Shown here: one piece after another, positions 1 through 11,762 of the stretch | Position numbering within the stretch: position 1 is the first letter of the stretch | Layout of the letters: each line of letters opens with the position of its first letter | Assembly (NCBI GenBank): GCA_963739305.1 | Contig: CAVTZU010000017.1 | Span: forward strand, 32,001-96,000 | Length of the DNA: 64,000 bases | Source: Candidatus Bathyarchaeota archaeon | Lineage (GTDB): Archaea; Thermoproteota; Bathyarchaeia; Bathyarchaeales; Bathycorpusculaceae | Reading direction: 5' to 3' | Position numbers and translations under genes: made by a program | The notes under the pieces: model-generated | What the model saw: only the letters and a program-made list of their open reading frames with translations | What the model was told of the DNA's origin: nothing | The model's database searches: none

Positions 1-1473
<1,473 letters not shown>

Positions 1474-1740
1474 TGCTCCACTTGATCACAACCAGACATT
1501 CGTTCATCGAATGTACAAACCGCAAATCCGACTGGATTTGGAGGGGATAAACCACATTCGTCAAAGCCCAATTCAGACCTAACGAAGTTAACGTGTCAGG
1601 TCCACATTCATGTCTCCGCAACTGGAGGCCACATCCTCATTCCATATGGCGACTTTGCGCCGTTAAGGTTGGATTTGAGCCGCCGCCATGAAAATTGCGG
1701 AGCTTACTAATTGCCAAAATGACATGAGGGCAGTCGTGCA

Positions 1741-1760
1741 GATATAAACGTTTCTTTCTT
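1741..1760 (-). promoter_or_regulatory. rRNA promoter (BRE + TATA box)
   Basis: The minus strand reads AAGAAAGAAACGTTTATATC, ~270 nt upstream of the mature 16S 5' end. Confidence 0.7.
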
Positions 1761-1784
1761 GCCCTACGTATTGTGTTTGCCTTA

Positions 1785-2540
1785 TCAACAGTCTTCAACT
1801 AACGCAAGAATTTCTTTCAAGCTTTTGACAACGTTGTCAGGAACAGCTTCTTCTTGGGCTTCTGGTAGTTCGTACGAAAGCGGCGTCGAACCTTTCGGTG
1901 GGGGCGGTCTCTTGATGAGGACAGTCTTTAATCCAACGGCATTCGCGCCTTTGATGTCGATTCCCGGCGTGTCCCCGACGAAAATGGCTTCATGAGGCTT
2001 CAGACCTAGAGTTTCTAGCGCTTTCTCGAATATTTCAGGGCTGGGTTTACGCTTGTTTATAGCGCCTGAGATGACAATCACGTCAAAGTAATTGTCCAAG
2101 TGGAACTTCTCAAAGATCTTTGGAACGCATTCGGGTATGGAAAGGTTGGAAACTATGCCTAGCTTGTACTTGCCTTGCAGCTGTTTCAACACGTACTCAG
2201 CGTCTTCGTCTGGTCTTGTGTACGTGATAAACTCCTTGCAGAAAGCGTCTGAGGCTTCCTGAACTGTGGGATGGGAAGCTTCTAGTTCGTATCCGAGTTT
2301 CTGAAGCGTTTTTGAAACTCTTATGTTGAAATGTGGATCTTCGAGGGTCCTGTTTGTCTCTTCGTACAGTTTGTCACGGACTTCGAAGTAGGCTCGAACA
2401 AACTCTTCGAAAGTAACGTTGATTTCGTTTTTTACAAGGGAATCGTGAAGTTTTTTCAAGGAAGGCATGTAAAAGGCATCTTCATTCTCAAGCAGCACGA
2501 GCGTGTTGAAGAGGTCGAAAAGAACTGCTTTCACTTGCAT
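1785..2540 (-). CDS. HAD-superfamily hydrolase
   Basis: Motif I AVLFDLFNTL, KRKPSPEIF, FVGDTPGIDIKGA. Start moved to the ATG at 2540. Confidence 0.9.
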   Translation of the reverse strand: MQVKAVLFDLFNTLVLLENEDAFYMPSLKKLHDSLVKNEINVTFEEFVRAYFEVRDKLYEETNRTLEDPHFNIRVSKTLQKLGYELEASHPTVQEASDAFCKEFITYTRPDEDAEYVLKQLQGKYKLGIVSNLSIPECVPKIFEKFHLDNYFDVIVISGAINKRKPSPEIFEKALETLGLKPHEAIFVGDTPGIDIKGANAVGLKTVLIKRPPPPKGSTPLSYELPEAQEEAVPDNVVKSLKEILALVEDC

Positions 2541-2919
2541 TTCAGGAACCTTCACTTTAAGAGTTTCACGTTGTGGATAAAAAGAGTTGTCGAAGACCAC
2601 GTGCGTCTGCAACGCAGCTATCGTGGTAGTTGGCTAACACTTACAAGTTAGCTTTTTTGGTTGTTTTCCGTGTAACATTTTACCGTGAAGCTTATATGAT
2701 GTATTGCGACATGATATATTGATCCGCTATGAAACCCTTCCCGAAAAGTGAAGAAATTCGTTGGCAAGTATTGAAAGCCATGATTGACGAATTTCCTACA
2801 CTCAAAGAAAAGGCGAAAGAATACCTCAAAGTGCAATAATCGATCAACTAGGTTGAACCTGTGCCTAACCTAATTGAACTCTTCGTCCAAGATTCTTAAG
2901 AAAAGTCGGGAGGTAGGGT

Positions 2920-3273
2920 CTAGATCATGTTCTGGTTTTTCCTGAGAAGGTGTGGAGGAGGAATTCTGATTCCATTCTTGCAGTTGCTGTCTTCATCATT
3001 CCTGAGCAGTTCATTGATTCCGCGGTAACGCTGCAGAAAATCCAATCCTTTTTCAGTTGCCCTGTACATCTCTCTATCATTCATCAGCACCTTTTCCAAC
3101 AGGTTGATTTGCAACATGAACCTCAAATAGTCGTTCAGTTGCGTGAAGCTCAAGTTAGCCCGGTACATTATCTGCGTCTTCAAGGATCCATCCCTGGCGA
3201 TCTCCAAAATCTCCGAAACAATGTAGAGCTTGTCCCTTCTCTTCGAAGTCGGATTTGAACCCCATGGATTCAT
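2920..3273 (-). CDS. Winged-helix transcriptional regulator (archaeal ArnR1/HTH_45-like)
   Basis: KRRDKLYIVSEILE..KTQIMYRANLSF..YRATEKG pattern. Confidence 0.85.
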   Translation of the reverse strand: MNPWGSNPTSKRRDKLYIVSEILEIARDGSLKTQIMYRANLSFTQLNDYLRFMLQINLLEKVLMNDREMYRATEKGLDFLQRYRGINELLRNDEDSNCKNGIRIPPPHLLRKNQNMI

Positions 3274-3450
3274 TTTCTATATTCCTCTTTTAGAAGTGTT
3301 TTCTGTAATAGAACGAGGCTCACGTTTTCTTAAGCAGTGTTTCGACCATGAAGCTATGTCGAGAATTGAAATATTCTCTAGAACAAACCTCTAGAAGTGA
3401 ACAAGACTCTGCGTAGACCTTATTTTCAACGAATGACAGAATTCAATGCG

Positions 3451-3989
3451 GTGACCTTTACGCTCGTGGGACTGATGTCTGATACGACACGATAATCTTC
3501 CGTTGATTGATAAAGCAGTCAAGAAGCTCAATCAGATGGACGTTGAATTGGTTCTTCATGCAGGGGACTACGTGGCGGGATTTGTTGTTCCGAGGTTGAA
3601 GGAAGTGAAATGCTAGACTCATCGGTGTTTTCGGCAACAACGATGGCGACCGTGAACTGCTCAGGAGAAGATTCGGTGAATATCCGAATCTGGAGTTGCG
3701 CGGTAACTTTGCAGAAATCGCGGCTAAAGGTTACAAGATCGCACTGTTGCACGGAAGCGACGAAGAGCTTATGGAGTCATTGATCGCAGGTGGAAACTAT
3801 GATTTTGTCGTTCATGGGCACACGCACACTGCAGAAACGTACCGAAAGGCCAAGACTCTGGTCGTGAATCCAGGTGAGGTTTGCGGTTATCTGACGGGCA
3901 GGGCAACTGTCGCCTTGCTTGACACGAACAAACGGCAAGCTAAAATCGTGGAACTCAATAGTCATTTCAGAAAGAGTCCAAACGAGTGA
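3451..3989 (+). pseudogene. YfcE/MJ0936-type metallophosphoesterase with two frameshifts (probably sequencing errors)
   Basis: Manual translation gives VGLMSDT[+1]HDNLP..LHAGDY..[+1]LIGVFGNNDGD..LLHG..HGHTH..VNPGE, covering all calcineurin-like motifs. Confidence 0.85.
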
Positions 3990-4884
3990 AGAAGAACCTG
4001 TCGCCGTAAGTTCTTGCAAATGAAGCATGTTCATTGAGCGGCTTGAACATCATCACTGCGTAGCCTCTTCTTAGGGTCATGTAGCCACGTGACCCGTAGA
4101 CCTCTAGTAATTCTGAGTCTAAGACTGCTCTGTCGTAGACTGGTCCTCTCGTTTGTTTTTCGATGATGTCCAAAAATTTGCACTTCTGTTCTTGATTTAG
4201 TGCGACGAGTTCTCTTATCCACGTTCCAGTCTTTTCGTTTCTGAATATCACGTATCCTTTCTCATCGATTATGCAGTGTTTTGTTTTTATTCCTTCGATC
4301 TTCTTGAGCATCTTGAGGTATGCTCTGTCTCTGACGACAAGGCCAGTTCTTTCCTTGACAAATTGGTCGTAGATTTTAAGTATCTCATCAGGGTTGAACA
4401 CTGTAAATGTCTCTTTTCTCGATCTTTTTGTTCTATTCTCACGGAATGCTTTGTAGGCCGTAGGGTACTCGACGAGATCCGAGTAGCCTAGGTGCAGATA
4501 GAGCGAATGAGCAATTAGTGAAGGGCTTGTCGACAAGAGGGAAAACCTGTAGTGTTTTTCGCTGAAGTGTTCATGTGCTTTTTTCATCAGAGTAGTACAA
4601 ACGCCTTTTCTTGTGCAACCAGGGAGTGTTGCCACACCATATAATCCGCCCACGTGTTCTATGTTTCCATTCACCGTTCGCGTTTTCAATTCCATCACCC
4701 CTACGTGTCCGATTATCCTATCGTTATCGACCGCGCAGAAACTCACAGGCCCGTTCTTTACTCTAGGGTCTATTTTGATGAAGTCGTCGAATTGTTTTTG
4801 GTTGAAAACCCAGTTGAAAGCGTGATCCAGGAGCGGTACCAGTCCGTTCTTCGATTCTAGTTCCCTGTAGGTTTGTATCTTCAT
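3967..4884 (-). CDS. GNAT N-acetyltransferase (Eis-like N-terminus)
   Basis: GVATLPGCTRKGVCTTLM acetyl-CoA motif; LYLHLGY. Confidence 0.8.
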   Translation of the reverse strand: MKIQTYRELESKNGLVPLLDHAFNWVFNQKQFDDFIKIDPRVKNGPVSFCAVDNDRIIGHVGVMELKTRTVNGNIEHVGGLYGVATLPGCTRKGVCTTLMKKAHEHFSEKHYRFSLLSTSPSLIAHSLYLHLGYSDLVEYPTAYKAFRENRTKRSRKETFTVFNPDEILKIYDQFVKERTGLVVRDRAYLKMLKKIEGIKTKHCIIDEKGYVIFRNEKTGTWIRELVALNQEQKCKFLDIIEKQTRGPVYDRAVLDSELLEVYGSRGYMTLRRGYAVMMFKPLNEHASFARTYGDRFFFTRLDSF

Positions 4885-4973
4885 TTCTGAATGTCCCTTT
4901 CATTCGTGAAGGCTTGTTCAATAAAAGGATTGACTTTCGGAAAGGTTCTTAATGGTTATTCGTGGGGTTTTTC

Positions 4974-5903
4974 TCAGTTCTTGTTGAAAGGCTCTCTTCT
5001 CTGGTTTGCTAACCTGAACAGTCCTGCCAACTGCTCATCACTCGCTCCGTTTCTGAGCGGTGTCACGAAGTCTATTAGGTTATCGTTCCTCATTAAGCAC
5101 GGCTTCAGTTTTCCATCGCTCGTTATGCGTAAGCGACTACAGTGAAGACAGAATTCTGTATTCTCCATCGGACGCACGAGTTCTATTGAAACGTTGGGCA
5201 GATGGTACACATGTCGGTTTTGCATGTAGTGTCGTGTTTCGATTTTCACGGCCTTTTCCTTCAGGATTTCTCCGAACCTGTCCAGAGGCTCATGGTTTGC
5301 TTCGTAGAAACAATCGTTCATGTTGATCGGTTCAAGCTCTATGAGTTGAAGGATGGTTCCGGTTTCTGCAGCAAACTCGATCATCTCAGGGACAGAGGAG
5401 ACGTTTATGCCTCGTAAGAGAAGCATGTTGAGTTTCACTGGCGATAGGCCGCCTGCGACAGCAGCCCTTACTCCTTTGACAGTGTCTTGCACGTTTCCGC
5501 CCGTCAGCTTGTGAAAGCTTTCTTTGTTCAGTGTTGGAAGGCTTATGTTCACTCGTTTCAGTCCGCTTTCATGCAGCTCATGGGCCAGAGGTTCCAAGAG
5601 TGTTCCGTTCGTCGTCATCGAGACGTCCGTCAAGCCCGGAATATACGCGACTTTTCCAACGATATCGACAATGTCCCTTCGCATCAAGGGTTCTCCACCC
5701 GTGATCTTAATTCCCTTTACTCCCAGCTTCACTGCAATTCTCACAATTCGGACGATTTCATCAACGGTCATTTCGTCATTGATGTGTTCAGCTTGTTTTT
5801 CTTCCCCTTCGCCATGACAGAAATAGCATCGTAGATTGCATTTCCTTGTAATCGCCACCCGAAGATTGAGGAGCGGTCTGCCACAATTGTCCGTAAGAAC
5901 CAT
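4974..5903 (-). CDS. moaA: GTP 3',8-cyclase MoaA
   Basis: LRVAITRKCNLRCYFC, TGGEPL, FCLHCSRLRITSDGKLKPCL. Confidence 0.95.
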   Translation of the reverse strand: MVLTDNCGRPLLNLRVAITRKCNLRCYFCHGEGEEKQAEHINDEMTVDEIVRIVRIAVKLGVKGIKITGGEPLMRRDIVDIVGKVAYIPGLTDVSMTTNGTLLEPLAHELHESGLKRVNISLPTLNKESFHKLTGGNVQDTVKGVRAAVAGGLSPVKLNMLLLRGINVSSVPEMIEFAAETGTILQLIELEPINMNDCFYEANHEPLDRFGEILKEKAVKIETRHYMQNRHVYHLPNVSIELVRPMENTEFCLHCSRLRITSDGKLKPCLMRNDNLIDFVTPLRNGASDEQLAGLFRLANQRREPFNKN

Positions 5904-6029
5904 CGTTATTCCCGAGCGTGCCTAACGGTGAAAATTGCGTCCTGTAGTATAAAAACTTGTTTAGCATCTGCAGACAATTCCTGCAATGGGTCGACAAACC
6001 TAAGTGTCTGCCCGTTGATTGTACTTTTG

Positions 6030-6395
6030 GTGAACTCGGTGATAGAGATCTTTGTCCGCTCGTTCGCGCCTTATATGGACGTTGAAACCTGCAAAGACAT
6101 GTCTCAGCATCCTTTCTGTGCACCGGAATCGGCTGAAGGCTTAATCAGTGGGGCTCTCTCCAAGTTCAAAGGACGCGTGTTTCCAGAAGCCGATTCAACC
6201 ATTCTGGAACACGTGCTGCAATTAATGGGCAAAACAAACGAGTCTGTCAAGATATATGATCTATCCCGCGTGACTGACAGTTTGAGAGCGATAAGGCGTG
6301 GAATCAGAAGTACCCCTGTCGCAATAATCAACAAAGAGAAATATGAGAGTCTGGAAGAAATCCTGAGGGCTATTTCCAATCTCAAACAGTCTTAA
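6030..6395 (+). CDS. Hypothetical protein with thioredoxin/glutaredoxin-like C-terminus (paralog 1)
   Basis: Aligns by eye with the next ORF (IEIFVRS/IEVFVCS, FKGRVFPE/FKGRILPE, GIRSTPVAIIN/GVLKTPAAIIN). Start uncertain. Confidence 0.7.
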   Translation: MNSVIEIFVRSFAPYMDVETCKDMSQHPFCAPESAEGLISGALSKFKGRVFPEADSTILEHVLQLMGKTNESVKIYDLSRVTDSLRAIRRGIRSTPVAIINKEKYESLEEILRAISNLKQS

Positions 6396-6468
6396 GGCAG
6401 ACCGTAGAGACTTTGTCATGGCAACAGGCTTAAGCGTTGATAGATGAAAGTATCTATGGGGGATCCCT

Positions 6469-6831
6469 GTGGTTTCATCTTTGATAGAAGTTTTCGTATG
6501 TTCCTACGAGAAAGACATTGATTACGGTCACTATCGAGAAATGTCGCTTCACTGGGAGTGCGGTCTAGCTCAATGGGCTTACGGGGAGCTTGCTGCACAG
6601 TTCAAAGGTCGTATACTGCCAGAGAACGATGTGACCGCTCTACGACACGTTTTTGAGCTGGCGAAAAAAGAGAATAGGCAAGTGAAGGTATATGACACCT
6701 CGCGCATGGGCGACAAAGTCCGGGCAATGAAACGTGGAGTGTTGAAGACGCCCGCTGCAATCATAAATGGGCAACGATATGAGGGTTCAGACGAGATTTT
6801 GCAAGCACTTGCACTTGAACAGCATCCTTGA
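6469..6831 (+). CDS. Hypothetical protein with thioredoxin/glutaredoxin-like C-terminus (paralog 2)
   Basis: GVLKTPAAIINGQRYEG resembles the cis-Pro strand of the Trx fold; paralog of the upstream ORF. Confidence 0.75.
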   Translation: MVSSLIEVFVCSYEKDIDYGHYREMSLHWECGLAQWAYGELAAQFKGRILPENDVTALRHVFELAKKENRQVKVYDTSRMGDKVRAMKRGVLKTPAAIINGQRYEGSDEILQALALEQHP

Positions 6832-6835
6832 TCCT

Positions 6836-7366
6836 TCATTCGCGTGCATGTTTCACGACGTGCCGAGTTTCAGGCAAAATCAGCTCTTTCATGCACAGTC
6901 TTGCAGCGTTGGGTGAGCCTGGAAGACAGAAAATCGCCTTGCCTTTTGCCACTCCTGCCAGTGCACGAGACATCATTGCCGCGGATCCAATTTCGTCGAA
7001 GCTCAGGCGGCGGAAAATCTCGCCAAATCCCGGCAACACTTTTTCGAGCAAAGGCGAGATTGTCTCGATTGTTACGTCTGAGGCCGCAATTCCAGTGCCG
7101 CCTACGAATATCATCGCGTCTACCGCAGGCGAGCTCAATGCTTGTTTCAGACTCTTTGTGATTAGGTCACTGTCGTCTGGTATAAGGTCTCTCATGGCAA
7201 CTTTGTTTCCAGCTTGTGTGAGAAAAGTCTCGATGAGGTCTCCAGAAATGTCTTCAACTTTTTCTCCCATCTTGGACTGGTTGTATCGAGACGTGCTACA
7301 CGTAAAAACTGCAAATCTGAGTTTCGATGGCGCTTGGGACTTGTGTTTCTTCGAAGTTTCGCTCAT
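6836..7366 (-). CDS. moaB: Molybdopterin adenylyltransferase MoaB/MogA
   Basis: GGTGIAASDVTIE, PGFGEIFR, SRALAG, LPGSPNA. Confidence 0.93.
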   Translation of the reverse strand: MSETSKKHKSQAPSKLRFAVFTCSTSRYNQSKMGEKVEDISGDLIETFLTQAGNKVAMRDLIPDDSDLITKSLKQALSSPAVDAMIFVGGTGIAASDVTIETISPLLEKVLPGFGEIFRRLSFDEIGSAAMMSRALAGVAKGKAIFCLPGSPNAARLCMKELILPETRHVVKHARE

Positions 7367-7821
7367 TTACCATGGTCCTTCTTACTGCCTTTTTTGATTT
7401 TCTTCGCGACACGGATACTTCCAATCTCTGTGGATGGGTACTGACCTTTCTCGTCTTTTTCGTATTGTTTGACCATGTCCCAAATGGTCAGGAGAGCTGT
7501 GGCCGTTGCAGTCAAGGCTTCCATTTCGACTCCAGTTGAGGCTCTTGTTTTGACTTTTGCTGTGGCCCTGATAGTGGTCGGGTTTTCTATTTTCACTTTG
7601 ACTTCAACGTTCGTCAACGGCAGTGGGTGGCAGAGAGGGATTAGATTGCTCGTATTCTTCGCAGCGAGGATTCCTGCTATTTTGGCCGTGTGAACTGGGT
7701 CTCCTTTGGCTATTCTTCCTTCCTTGATCATTGCTGTGGTTTTGGCTTTGAGTTTGATTGTTCCTGTTGCGGTTGCTTCGCGGAAAATTTCAGGTTTTTC
7801 AGACACGTCAACCATCGACAT
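7363..7821 (-). CDS. moaC: Cyclic pyranopterin monophosphate synthase MoaC
   Basis: MVDVSEK, KGD, LIPLCHP, TGVEMEAL, WDMVK. Confidence 0.96.
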   Translation of the reverse strand: MSMVDVSEKPEIFREATATGTIKLKAKTTAMIKEGRIAKGDPVHTAKIAGILAAKNTSNLIPLCHPLPLTNVEVKVKIENPTTIRATAKVKTRASTGVEMEALTATATALLTIWDMVKQYEKDEKGQYPSTEIGSIRVAKKIKKGSKKDHGK

Positions 7822-7836
7822 TTCTGGTTGCCTCTC

Positions 7837-8109
7837 TCATTTGATATTATGGCGTTCCCACACTTCTATTAGATTTTGTACGGCCTTGGCTTTTGCTGAC
7901 TGTTCGTTGTACCTGTACAGCCGAATTCTGCCGAACACCTTGTGCTGGAGTATTCCCTCGTCCTCTAAGATCTTAAGGTGTTTGCTTGCTGAAACATAGT
8001 TGATTTTGAGTCTTCTTGCCAGTTCGGAAGCGTTGAGTTCACCCACATTGAAAAGCGTTTTTAGGATTTTCATTCGGAGCTTTGAAGAAAAAACGTCTTC
8101 GATGTTCAC
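7837..8109 (-). CDS. Small ArsR-like winged-helix protein coupled to cdc6
   Basis: VFSSKLRMKILK..ELNASELARR..HLKILEDEGIL; 4-nt overlap with the cdc6 stop. Confidence 0.85.
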   Translation of the reverse strand: MNIEDVFSSKLRMKILKTLFNVGELNASELARRLKINYVSASKHLKILEDEGILQHKVFGRIRLYRYNEQSAKAKAVQNLIEVWERHNIK

Positions 8110-9296
8110 GTTTTATCAGACTCCTCGTCGAGCAAAGCTCTCAACGCCTTCTCAAGTTCTTCTGCCGGGATTCGCGGCAGAGAGATGTCTGTTGACCTGC
8201 CACGTGAACCCGTGCCTGAAACCTCCGTCTCCACTATTCCAAGGTTCGAGAAGTCCTTGAGATACTTCCAAAGTTGTGTGTGACTGTTTGGCGACTCATC
8301 AAATTCTTCACAGGCAACAGCGTATGCTCTTTCAGCTTCCGCGAGGGAGACGGTGGCTTTTTGGTTCTCTTTAAAGAGTCTAGCTATGGATAGCAGGAAC
8401 AATTTCTCGTGGAGGCCAAAGGTTGTCAGATCGCTTTTCTTCACGGCTGGAACGATGCTTGACGCTGCTTTTCGAACGCAGTCAGGTATGACTGTGTTCG
8501 AGTCTTCGGCGTCTGCGTATTTGCCCGCGCGCCACAACAGCTCGATTCCGAAACGGGCGTTTCCCCCCTCAGAATAGGCTAGTTCAGAGACTAGTCCCAC
8601 GGTTCCTTCAGGCACTGTCAGCGGTTTGAATGCTAAGCTGATTCTGTCGTTAAGGATGTCAGTCAGTTCTTTCCTAGAGTACTTTTGCAGGTTTATAATG
8701 TTAGACTGTAGGGTGCTTCTCGTGCTGACGTCAAGCTTTCCAAGCATTTCAGGTCCCCGCAGTATGCATATGAGCGATAACCGTTGGGGTTTGTTCTCCC
8801 TCATTTCCTGCAGTCGCGTGAGCTTGTAAACGGCTTCGGGTCCCTCTTTCTCTATAAGGCTGTCGAACTCGTCTAGACCAAGGATCGTGTGGGTTTTTTC
8901 GTCGTCTAACACTTGCACGAGGGTGTGCAAGAGTTCTTCAGCGGAGTACCCGCGTTTCGGGAAGTTAGGATGAAAGACTGAGACGACGTGTTGAAGAATG
9001 AAGAAGAGGCTTCCCCTGTATTCTCGACAGTTTACGTGCACGTAGCGCAGTCTTATGCCACGGATACTGGCTTCGTGAGCGATTTCCAGTCCAAATCTTT
9101 GCGACAGGGCGGTTTTTCCCGTGCCCACGTCACCTGTTATCAAGACTCGTTGCGCCATCTTCTCTGGCGCTTGCAGGGCGAAGCTGAAGAATTCTTTGAG
9201 AAGACGTAGGTGGTGTTCTCTGTGAGGAAGTCGACTGGGTACGTAATTTATGTCGAGCTTCGTCTCGTCTTTGAACACGCTCTGTCGCAGCGTCAA
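8106..9296 (-). CDS. cdc6: Orc1/Cdc6 replication initiator
   Basis: YVPSRLPHRE, Walker A GDVGTGKT, VHVNC, Walker B LDEFD, GNAR sensor, C-terminal wHTH with GRGRST. Confidence 0.95.
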   Translation of the reverse strand: MTLRQSVFKDETKLDINYVPSRLPHREHHLRLLKEFFSFALQAPEKMAQRVLITGDVGTGKTALSQRFGLEIAHEASIRGIRLRYVHVNCREYRGSLFFILQHVVSVFHPNFPKRGYSAEELLHTLVQVLDDEKTHTILGLDEFDSLIEKEGPEAVYKLTRLQEMRENKPQRLSLICILRGPEMLGKLDVSTRSTLQSNIINLQKYSRKELTDILNDRISLAFKPLTVPEGTVGLVSELAYSEGGNARFGIELLWRAGKYADAEDSNTVIPDCVRKAASSIVPAVKKSDLTTFGLHEKLFLLSIARLFKENQKATVSLAEAERAYAVACEEFDESPNSHTQLWKYLKDFSNLGIVETEVSGTGSRGRSTDISLPRIPAEELEKALRALLDEESDKT

Positions 9297-9414
9297 TCAG
9301 TCTGCCTCAGACTAACTATGCGCGAACCTTTGTTATCTCTTTCCCTTTGGAAAGCGGCAGAGCTGGTTTGGAAAACAAAAGCCTAATAAGTCGACTGATC
9401 AATGTGTTAACAAA

Positions 9415-10011
9415 ATGATTCCAAAATATTTCTTCCTAACAAAGGGCACCGGTAAACACAAGGAACAGCTGCAATCGTTTGAATTGGCATTGAGGGACGC
9501 TGGAATACAGCACTGTAACATAGTTAGCGTGTCAAGCATAATTCCGCCAGGCTGCAAAATGATCTCGAGAGAGCGCGGCTTGAAGATGATAAGACCCGGC
9601 GAAATAACATTCATCGTCATCGCCAGAAACTCGACAAACGAACCCCACAGGCTAGTGGCATCATCCATTGGCGTTGCGATTCCAACAGGCAAAAACAACT
9701 ATGGTTATCTTTCGGAGCATCACAATTTCGGTCAGCCCGATGACAAGGCTGGAGACTATGCAGAAGACCTCGCTGCGACTATGCTTGCCACGACTATGGG
9801 AATTCAGTTTGATCCTGAGACTGACTGGCACGAAAAAGAGCAGCTTTTCAAAACTAGTGGTATGATCATCAAGACAACTAACATGACGCAGACAGCCACA
9901 GGTGACAAAGGTGGTTTGTGGACGACAACCGTCGCCGCGGCAGTTTTCGTCCGAGGAACGGACGACGAAAGTCTTGAGGAAACTCAAAGATTGACGAAGC
10001 ACCGGTCTTAA
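9415..10011 (+). CDS. pdaD: Pyruvoyl-dependent arginine decarboxylase
   Basis: [22 protein letters not shown] autocleavage motif; YGYLSEHH. Confidence 0.93.
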   Translation: MIPKYFFLTKGTGKHKEQLQSFELALRDAGIQHCNIVSVSSIIPPGCKMISRERGLKMIRPGEITFIVIARNSTNEPHRLVASSIGVAIPTGKNNYGYLSEHHNFGQPDDKAGDYAEDLAATMLATTMGIQFDPETDWHEKEQLFKTSGMIIKTTNMTQTATGDKGGLWTTTVAAAVFVRGTDDESLEETQRLTKHRS

Positions 10012-10136
10012 GCCTTCCACATCACTTTTTCTTTCCTTTGATAATCACTCAATGAGAGACGTGGCGCTGCTTCGCAGGATTGGAGACAGGCACATTGTCG
10101 CGGTTCAGGCCTCTCCAAAACAATATTAATCAATAG

Positions 10137-10850
<714 letters not shown>

Positions 10851-10866
10851 ACGAGATGGATAATCG

Positions 10867-11748
10867 TTGAAAGTGGAACCCGAATGTGCCGCTTGCATTC
10901 TCAGCAGAGGAGCAGCTGAAGTCAAGGAAGCGACGACCAATCCTGCGTTACGTTACAGAGCGATCTGTGACCTCCTACGACTGCTCGCCAAGGAGTTTCG
11001 TCCAACAGCTGTTGCTGCAGATTTGGGAACGAAAAGGGATCGCGTAATAAGACGAGTTACAGGCAGCGTTGACCCCTACAAGAGGAGCAAGAAGATAAGC
11101 AATGAAAAAGCTTTGAAATTATTGCCCTACGCAAGGAAATTGGTCGAAGAGGGCTATGCACAAGAGGACCGTTTCAAGCGAGCCTGTCTGGTTGCTATGG
11201 TAGGCAACCTCATCGAGTTTGACATTCCTGGACACAGAGCATCATTCAGCAGTTTGAGAAAGAGTTTCAGAGAAGCATCGAAAGATTTAGTCATAAACGA
11301 CACTAACAGGGCCTATGAGCTTGCCAAAAAAGCACACACCGTGCTGTATTTGGCAGACAACGCCGGCGAAATCGTTTTTGACACGCTACTGGTGGAGCAG
11401 CTCAGAAACATGGGAGTTACGGTCGTGGTAGCCGTCAAAGGAGGGCCTGTTATCAATGACGCTACTCTTGAGGATGCCGAAGTTTCAGGAATGACAAAGA
11501 TTGCAGACAAGATTATAACTACAGGAACGGACGCTGTTGGGTTTGCGGCAAAGGAGGTTTCCCAAGAATTTATCGACGCGTATGATTCAGCAGATCTGGT
11601 TATCGCTAAAGGAATGGGTTATGCGGAAACTCTGACGGAACACAAGCTGAAGAAACCGCACCTCCTGCTTCTTAGAACAAAATGCGAGCCCGTCGCGAAT
11701 TATTTCGCGGCCCCAAGAGAAAAGAACGTTGCGAAGCTGATGCCTTGA
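10867..11748 (+). CDS. ARMT1/DUF89 damage-control phosphatase
   Basis: N-terminal ECAAC, DPYK, GNLIEF, LADNAGEIVFD, PVINDAT, AKGMGYAE. Confidence 0.9.
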   Translation: MKVEPECAACILSRGAAEVKEATTNPALRYRAICDLLRLLAKEFRPTAVAADLGTKRDRVIRRVTGSVDPYKRSKKISNEKALKLLPYARKLVEEGYAQEDRFKRACLVAMVGNLIEFDIPGHRASFSSLRKSFREASKDLVINDTNRAYELAKKAHTVLYLADNAGEIVFDTLLVEQLRNMGVTVVVAVKGGPVINDATLEDAEVSGMTKIADKIITTGTDAVGFAAKEVSQEFIDAYDSADLVIAKGMGYAETLTEHKLKKPHLLLLRTKCEPVANYFAAPREKNVAKLMP

Positions 11749-11762
11749 GGCCGCTGCCAACA

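Noticed and set aside
1523-1540. Hairpin CAAATCC-GACT-GGATTTG in the rRNA leader
   Set aside because: Ordinary pre-rRNA leader structure; the partner strand needed to confirm a bulge-helix-bulge is outside the window.
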